This document shows, in pieces, positions 18,697 through 23,671 of a stretch of DNA of 35,027 bases. This DNA comes from Chitinophaga pinensis. GTDB taxonomy: Bacteria > Bacteroidota > Bacteroidia > UKL13-3. The stretch is from positions 1-35,027 of the forward strand of contig CALPIR020000002.1 of the NCBI GenBank assembly GCA_943323675.2. The letters run 5' to 3'. Position 1 is the first letter of the stretch. Each line of letters opens with the position of its first letter. The notes under the pieces are model-generated. The model was given only the letters and a program-made list of their open reading frames with translations, ran no database searches and was not told the DNA's origin. The translations under genes and the position numbers were made by a program.

Positions 18697-20742
18697 TTAC
18701 TTTTGTTTGTAAAAGAGATGCATAAAAACAAAATGAGGTAAACTGATACACGCGAGGAAGACGAAAAATGATGGAAGTATTGTTTTAACTTGATTGGGTT
18801 CGCGAATATTTAATAATACACAAGTGATTAAAATTACAAATGCACCTAATGTGTGTGGCAGAGCCTTTTTATAAAGGCCTAATGAATTTGTTTTTAGTTG
18901 CTGCTGTAAATGGGACCACGCATTTAAACTGTGTTGGCAAATAAAATACATAGAGAATGCAATCAATAGATTAGTAAACGCTCCAACTATAAGCAGTGTT
19001 ACAAGGGCATAAGTGCTTGATTTATTGATGCTAATTGCTAGTATTAATAAATAAAAAATGGCCAATATAGCAGTTGGAATTGCATATTTAATTATAAGGT
19101 CCTCATACAAATTAATAAATTCCAATCCCTTAATATTTATAATAATATCTATTGATTCGTGGACATGCGTGAATATAATAAACATTAGAATAGAAGCCCC
19201 TAACATCAATGCCTTTAAATATGTTGATATGGCTATAACTGTTAAATTTATTTCTTGAAGTTCTGATTCTCCAAAATGAAAAGATGAATAAATAATAAAA
19301 ATTAGAAGTGATAAGGAAGGAAAGAATTGCCAAAAAAAGTAGTAAATAATTATTGTTATTACATACTTCACTATAAATATTGAGAGAGATTTCTTGTTGT
19401 TTGATATGGTTAAATGATCCAATGCACCATGCGGAATTCCAACCCAAAGCATTCCCAATGTAATGCATAAATAACTGTAATAAAGCGCTATGGTTGGGTT
19501 GTATTGTATTATGATGAAGTATACCAGTAATGTTAAGGCGGTAATCAAATACCTTGTGGAATTGTGTTTCAACGCATACACCAGCAACGATTTAAGGAAT
19601 GGGGCCAATGGCAGCGATTTAAATATTTTAACCTCTTGAATTAGTGATGTTTGTTCATCGAGGAACAAAAAGATGGTCTTTACATTTTGGGCTAAAAAAA
19701 GTTTGGTGAATATTCTTTTGCCTTCCTTAGGCCAATAAAGTAATATAATAAGCAGTAATGTGTCGTAAAACCTGAATCGCTTCTTTACCTTAAGTGAAAA
19801 GGTATTTATATCCTTACCGTTGGAATTGATGATTTCTTTTTTTACCATCTCGGCAAAGCGAAACATGTTTTTAAATCCATAACCCGTACTAGGTTTAATT
19901 AAATTAGCGTTGGTTCCAGTTTTTAAAATACCGCTGTATATGGCGGGTTGATGCAAGTGAGTAGTCATCGGGATACAACCTATTTCTTCATCTATAATTT
20001 CATAGTTCCCAACATTGCTTTGAAGTGCTTCGGTCAAGACTGCTTTAGCATAATCAATTTCTATTTTTTCTGCACCAAAACGGGTTAATTCAACTAATGC
20101 TTCATTACAAGAATAAGGTAGTGTATAAATAAATTGTGTGAAGTTGTTTTGGTCTACATTGAAGTTCATCATTTCAAATGTGTTTTCTTGAAATAAATCT
20201 TGATCACATTTTATTCTGACTCCATAAAATGATTGGTGTAGGTGAATAACGTTATTGTTCGGAGTATCGTTTTTGGATGGTGCGCTATCAAAAAGATGAT
20301 ATGTGCAGAAATTACCATGAGAGGTTTTTATCGTATAAATGTCTTTGTTTACGGATATTTCGTTTGTGGAGTAATTGAAAACGGGAATATTTGCGTTTAA
20401 TAACTTATCACGTACATAATTGTACAAATCAATACTTCTTATTAAATAATATGGTTGATCGGATATGTTTTGTTTTTGACCACCGTTTATAACAACATTA
20501 TTATAATTACGGTTGATGATTGGTTTAAGATCAATTACTATTGGATCATTTGGATGTGCCCAAAAACAATACGTTTTATCATTTATGCTTTTGTGTGATG
20601 GTTCTATTATGGCAATTTTTTTATTCTGAAAAAGTTCGTCTTTTAAGAGTGACAAAATAATAAGGCTATTACTTGCTCCAAGTCCTGAGAATATGTAATC
20701 ATAAACAAGTTCTTCGTTATTAAATTGACTTGAGAATTCCAT
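18697..20742 (-). CDS. crtY-blh: Bifunctional fusion protein: N-terminal lycopene cyclase (CrtY-type) domain plus C-terminal Brp/Blh beta-carotene 15,15'-dioxygenase domain
   Basis: Continuous 681-codon ORF. Residues 1 to ~390 carry YDYIFSGLGASNS (dinucleotide fold), FIYTLPYSCNEALVELTRF, IKPSTGYGF and RFRFYDTLLL, all lycopene-cyclase signatures. Residues ~396-681 form 8-9 hydrophobic helices with the His landmarks GIPHGALDH, SSFHFGESE, CQHSLNAWSH and LPHF, typical of Brp/Blh. The gene sits directly downstream of the rhodopsin gene. Confidence 0.8.
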   Translation of the reverse strand: MEFSSQFNNEELVYDYIFSGLGASNSLIILSLLKDELFQNKKIAIIEPSHKSINDKTYCFWAHPNDPIVIDLKPIINRNYNNVVINGGQKQNISDQPYYLIRSIDLYNYVRDKLLNANIPVFNYSTNEISVNKDIYTIKTSHGNFCTYHLFDSAPSKNDTPNNNVIHLHQSFYGVRIKCDQDLFQENTFEMMNFNVDQNNFTQFIYTLPYSCNEALVELTRFGAEKIEIDYAKAVLTEALQSNVGNYEIIDEEIGCIPMTTHLHQPAIYSGILKTGTNANLIKPSTGYGFKNMFRFAEMVKKEIINSNGKDINTFSLKVKKRFRFYDTLLLIILLYWPKEGKRIFTKLFLAQNVKTIFLFLDEQTSLIQEVKIFKSLPLAPFLKSLLVYALKHNSTRYLITALTLLVYFIIIQYNPTIALYYSYLCITLGMLWVGIPHGALDHLTISNNKKSLSIFIVKYVITIIIYYFFWQFFPSLSLLIFIIYSSFHFGESELQEINLTVIAISTYLKALMLGASILMFIIFTHVHESIDIIINIKGLEFINLYEDLIIKYAIPTAILAIFYLLILAISINKSSTYALVTLLIVGAFTNLLIAFSMYFICQHSLNAWSHLQQQLKTNSLGLYKKALPHTLGAFVILITCVLLNIREPNQVKTILPSFFVFLACISLPHFVFMHLFYKQK

Positions 20743-20769
20743 ACGCTTTAAATGATTGCTAATCTTGAT

Positions 20770-20812
20770 AAAAAAAAAGAGGACATTCAGTAAACTGAAG
20801 AGTCCTCTTTTT
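20770..20812 (-). terminator. Strong intrinsic terminator between the rhodopsin gene and crtY-blh
   Basis: The minus strand reads aagaggac-t-cttcag-ttta-ctgaa-t-gtcctctt followed by about nine T. The stem is 8 + 5 bp around a small internal loop. It starts 18 nt after the rhodopsin stop. Confidence 0.8.
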
Positions 20813-20829
20813 AAATGATAATGTAAAAT

Positions 20830-21546
20830 TTAGTCTTCGCTTCTGCTTAAAGCATAAATAACTAAACCAAAACCAATTTTGTTTATAGCATCTGCTATAT
20901 TGTATACAATATCCATTGCATGCAATGCTGCTGCTTTATCTTGTACTAATTTCATTCCAAATAAACCACCTTCTGTACCTAAAATGTATCCAAGTGGGTA
21001 AATTGCCCAACCAACTAAAACGAACCAACCTAAAATACGGGTTGCTTTAGCAACTTGTGGACCTGCAGTTTGCGATAAACTTGCTACTTCTCCAAACCAT
21101 ACTAAGTATGCAATGTAGAAATAAGCTGCTCCTGAAATAACTCCCCAAAGTACACTTTGAGTTGGGTCTAATACTTCACCAATGTAACCAGTAACTAGCA
21201 TCACTAAAGAAGCAAATATTAATTTCCAAAGTAAACCGATTTTAGCACCTGCTTTTTTGGTAATTAAATAAAATTCAACACACATCAACGGCACTGTTAA
21301 AATCCAATCTACATATCTAAAGAATGTAGGTGAATCACCTGTTTCTAAGTTGTAACCTCTCATGTAGTAGTAGTGTACTGCTGCAATGAATGTGATTAGA
21401 CCAGAAACTAATACTGACGTTCTCCATTTTTGAGACGTGTTACTTAACTCGAAAAAGAAAAATACTGAGGCAGCCATCATGGCCATTGTTCCGATAAAAA
21501 ACGTAAAAGCTACGTAATTATCACTAGCAATTTTTAAATGTTCCAT
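20830..21546 (-). CDS. Proteorhodopsin-type light-driven proton pump (DTE motif, Met at the tuning site)
   Basis: 238 aa, seven hydrophobic helices. Helix C is RYVDWILTVPLMCVEF (D80/T84/E91 = DTE; M88 at the L/Q105 tuning position). H58 is in AVHYYYMRG (the PR His75 equivalent). The Schiff-base Lys K223 is in NIADAINKIGFGL (codon ttt at 20878-20880 on the plus strand). Confidence 0.9.
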   Translation of the reverse strand: MEHLKIASDNYVAFTFFIGTMAMMAASVFFFFELSNTSQKWRTSVLVSGLITFIAAVHYYYMRGYNLETGDSPTFFRYVDWILTVPLMCVEFYLITKKAGAKIGLLWKLIFASLVMLVTGYIGEVLDPTQSVLWGVISGAAYFYIAYLVWFGEVASLSQTAGPQVAKATRILGWFVLVGWAIYPLGYILGTEGGLFGMKLVQDKAAALHAMDIVYNIADAINKIGFGLVIYALSRSED

Positions 21547-21652
21547 TTTAAAACAATTAGTTGTAACCTACTCGTATGGCTTTTCGGATTACGCCCCGTT
21601 TTTTAGAGTGGTTTCTGGACTCCACAATGCTAAATTAACAAAAGGTTTCATA

Positions 21653-21704
21653 TATGGTTTTCAAGAAGTTAAAACGAACCGCTGATTTTTATTTGAAAAC
21701 CATA
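21653..21704. repeat. Perfect 12-bp inverted repeat upstream of the rhodopsin gene (candidate operator or 5' leader hairpin)
   Basis: tatggttttcaa (21653-21664) and ttgaaaaccata (21693-21704) are exact reverse complements separated by 28 nt. A third aaccata half-site lies at 21734-21740. The repeat is 107-158 nt upstream of the ATG. Confidence 0.5.
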
Positions 21705-21995
21705 ACTTTTTAAAATAAGTATTTTAACCTCATAACCATATTTTACTTGCTAATTAGTTTTTTTTTATAGTATAAAAACTACAATATGACGTGCAATAAA
21801 AGTTTTATAAAATAAATTAAAAATGACACTAATTATTTGTCATATCCTTGGAAATTTATTGAATACACAATCCAATTTTTAAATAAACGGTTTTACCGAG
21901 CATCAATTTGGTTATTTTTAACGTTTACTTATTTTACTTTTTTATGCTTTGGGCGTTTTAAATACTCACGTTTAAGACTTGTTAACTTTTCAAAT

Positions 21996-22037
21996 AAAAA
22001 AAAATCCATTATTTACCTTATTGATAAATAATGGATT
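21996..22037 (-). terminator. Rho-independent terminator of the CxxCH T9SS gene
   Basis: The minus strand has a perfect 12-13 bp AT-rich stem (aatccattattta / taaataatggatt), a 9-nt loop and then nine T; 23 nt after the stop. Confidence 0.7.
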
Positions 22038-22059
22038 GTGTTATCGTTAGCCTGATGAT

Positions 22060-22872
22060 TTAAAACTTCACGAATTTTTTCGTGTACGTGTTTCCACTTT
22101 CGGTGGTTAATAAAATGGTGTAAATACCTTTTGATAAAAATTGAATGTTAAGTTGATTGCCAATCAAATCTGAATTATTAATTACTTGCAAACCATTAAT
22201 GTTAAACACAGTAACCTTGTTGTTAGCACTATGGTGAGCAGTTGCTATGTTGATTATATCAATTGCTGGATTTGGGTAAACAGAAATGAAATCAGTTCTT
22301 AAATTAGTTGTTAATCCTACAAATCCTTGTTTATAAAGGCGTAACCTGGTTAAGTATGTTTTATCTCCATCTTTATGTCCCTCAAAATTAGAATTAAATG
22401 CTCCATAAAATATAACCTCGTTAACATCATTAGGCGCAACCCAGTCAAAAGTCCAACTTAAAGAGTCCACTCCATCAACCCCAGCAGCACGGTAGGTCGC
22501 GTATTTATCATTACCAACCAATTTTGTCTTTGTCGTGTCCGTAATTAATAGGGTGCCTAGTAAATCGCCATTAATAGCTTGTGGTGAAATTGAGAATCCA
22601 AAACGAGTTCCTCCAATTTCTGTATTTGTAGCTTTAATCGTGTATCGTTGGCCAGGAATAAATCCTGTTTGTGGAACAGTTGATGTAATCCAACCCTCCA
22701 CATCAGTGGCAGTTCCACCATGACAAACCGTGCAGTTTTTTAAGCTATCTCCTGGAGAGCCGGTATAGCCAGGTTCTGTTCCATCTCGTTTGCCAAACTT
22801 TATTCCTGTAAACGAGCCTAAAACCACATAAACTAATGCGCCTGCAAATATATAAGGTATTATTTTTTTCAT
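22060..22872 (-). CDS. Secreted protein with a single CxxCH motif and a T9SS type A (Por_Secre_tail) C-terminal sorting domain
   Basis: N-terminal signal/anchor MKKIIPYIFAGALVYVVLGS. GYTGSPGDSLKNCTVCHGG holds C47-T-V-C50-H51 (nt 22720-22734). The C-terminal ~75 aa (ISVYPNPAIDIINI...GIYTILLTTESGNTYTKKFVKF) fit the type A CTD pattern. Confidence 0.7.
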   Translation of the reverse strand: MKKIIPYIFAGALVYVVLGSFTGIKFGKRDGTEPGYTGSPGDSLKNCTVCHGGTATDVEGWITSTVPQTGFIPGQRYTIKATNTEIGGTRFGFSISPQAINGDLLGTLLITDTTKTKLVGNDKYATYRAAGVDGVDSLSWTFDWVAPNDVNEVIFYGAFNSNFEGHKDGDKTYLTRLRLYKQGFVGLTTNLRTDFISVYPNPAIDIINIATAHHSANNKVTVFNINGLQVINNSDLIGNQLNIQFLSKGIYTILLTTESGNTYTKKFVKF

Positions 22873-22892
22873 AATGAGTATTTATTTTAATC

Positions 22893-22900
22893 CAAATGTA
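22893..22900 (-). promoter_or_regulatory. Candidate -7 box (TACATTTG) for the CxxCH T9SS gene
   Basis: Perfect TAnnTTTG on the minus strand, 20 nt upstream of the ATG at 22872. No clear -33. Confidence 0.35.
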
Positions 22901-23129
22901 ATTTTTTTATACCAAGATTATTGTTCGGTGTATTGATTATTAAATCTTTAATTAGTTTTTGCGACTTTTCTTGTTGATGAAAATATTAAACATTTTTTTT
23001 GTTTTTAGGGATTCAATTCGCAACTCCGTGTTACTGATTTTTGGGGTTGCACAGTTTTATTTTAAAAGTATAAATTACAAATATTAGCAACAAAATATAG
23101 CTTGGATAGATTATTCTACTATGAAAGTA

Positions 23130-23630
23130 TTATTCGAATTCAATTAGTATCGATCCTTTTTCAACGGCTGTTCTTTCGATAGCATTAATTTTTTTAACCA
23201 CACCATCACCAGCCGCTTTTATTACATTTTCCATCTTCATGGCTTCCAATACCAATAGCGGATCGCCTTTTTTAATTACATCGCCTAATGCCACACTAAT
23301 GCGTAAAACGAGTCCTGGCATCGGTGCTTTAATGTTGTTAACCTTATTGGTAGTAAGTTTATCCATGCCCAACTGTTTCAATAAAGCATCAAATTGGTTT
23401 TGTAAAGCAACCTGGTAATTATTTCCATTTACCACAATAGTCATGTTTTTGCCTTCTTCTTCTACATTGCCTAACTCAATAGTTAAAGATTGGTTGTTAA
23501 TGATGGCGTGGTATTTATTTTCACTTATCATGGTCCAATCTGGGGTAACAGCTTCACCATTAAGTGTTATATGATTAGATTTTATGTCAATTTCAAACTG
23601 TTGGTTGTCGTTTACTTTGGCCGTAATCAT
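23130..23630 (-). CDS. Biotin carboxyl carrier-type (biotinyl/lipoyl domain) protein
   Basis: The C-terminal ~70 aa carry the biotinylation motif LEAMKMEN in a typical hammerhead-domain context (PMPGLVLRI...GDPLLVLEAMKMEN...G.V). The N-terminal ~90 aa are unassigned. Confidence 0.75.
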   Translation of the reverse strand: MITAKVNDNQQFEIDIKSNHITLNGEAVTPDWTMISENKYHAIINNQSLTIELGNVEEEGKNMTIVVNGNNYQVALQNQFDALLKQLGMDKLTTNKVNNIKAPMPGLVLRISVALGDVIKKGDPLLVLEAMKMENVIKAAGDGVVKKINAIERTAVEKGSILIEFE

Positions 23631-23671
23631 TTTATTTTATTGTTTAAATTTTTATTGTTTAATTGTAACCC

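Noticed and set aside
19058-19468. Short ORFs (66 and 112 aa) within the crtY-blh gene: one antisense, one same-strand out of frame
   Set aside because: They are embedded in a well-supported 681-codon gene and arise from extreme AT-richness, with Ile/Asn/Tyr/Phe-rich nonsense composition. The same reasoning applies to the other short ORFs on the track that lie inside a supported gene or overlap one, either antisense or out of frame: 1102-1365, 1332-1526, 3110-3328, 5212-5541, 5758-6003, 6103-6342, 6818-7279, 7797-8030, 10329-10698, 12108-12404, 12577-12768, 13491-13819, 15538-15726, 15911-16096, 16383-16631, 17213-17437, 17542-17739, 17853-18104, 22535-22723, 23490-23675, 24178-24411, 27401-27616, 27846-28028, 30156-30359 and 30479-30673.
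20830-21546. Considered whether the rhodopsin is a Na+ (NDQ) or Cl- (NTQ) pump, a xanthorhodopsin, or a sensory type
   Set aside because: Helix C reads D-T-E at the three diagnostic positions with the PR-specific His (H58). This is the proton-pumping proteorhodopsin signature. No transducer gene is adjacent.
21837-22031. 64-aa ORF in the long opsin-upstream region
   Set aside because: It starts at TTG and has a low-complexity Phe/Leu/Lys/Tyr composition that simply mirrors the AT-rich DNA. It overlaps the terminator hairpin of the neighbouring gene and has no promoter-like box in front. I treat it as non-coding.
18697-22059. Looked for mobility signatures around the opsin/crtY-blh cassette (integrase, transposase, tRNA attachment site, flanking direct repeats)
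   Set aside because: None is visible by eye. The only hint of foreign origin is the compositional trough of crtY-blh, which I reported separately. The cassette is not callable as a mobile element.
22873-23129. Imperfect hairpin gcaactcc...ggggttgc (about 23021-23051) in the gap upstream of the CxxCH gene
   Set aside because: The 8-bp stem includes a G-U pair and has a 15-nt loop with no adjacent U-tract on the relevant strand. It lies downstream of the biotin-carrier gene's stop but is too weak to call a terminator.
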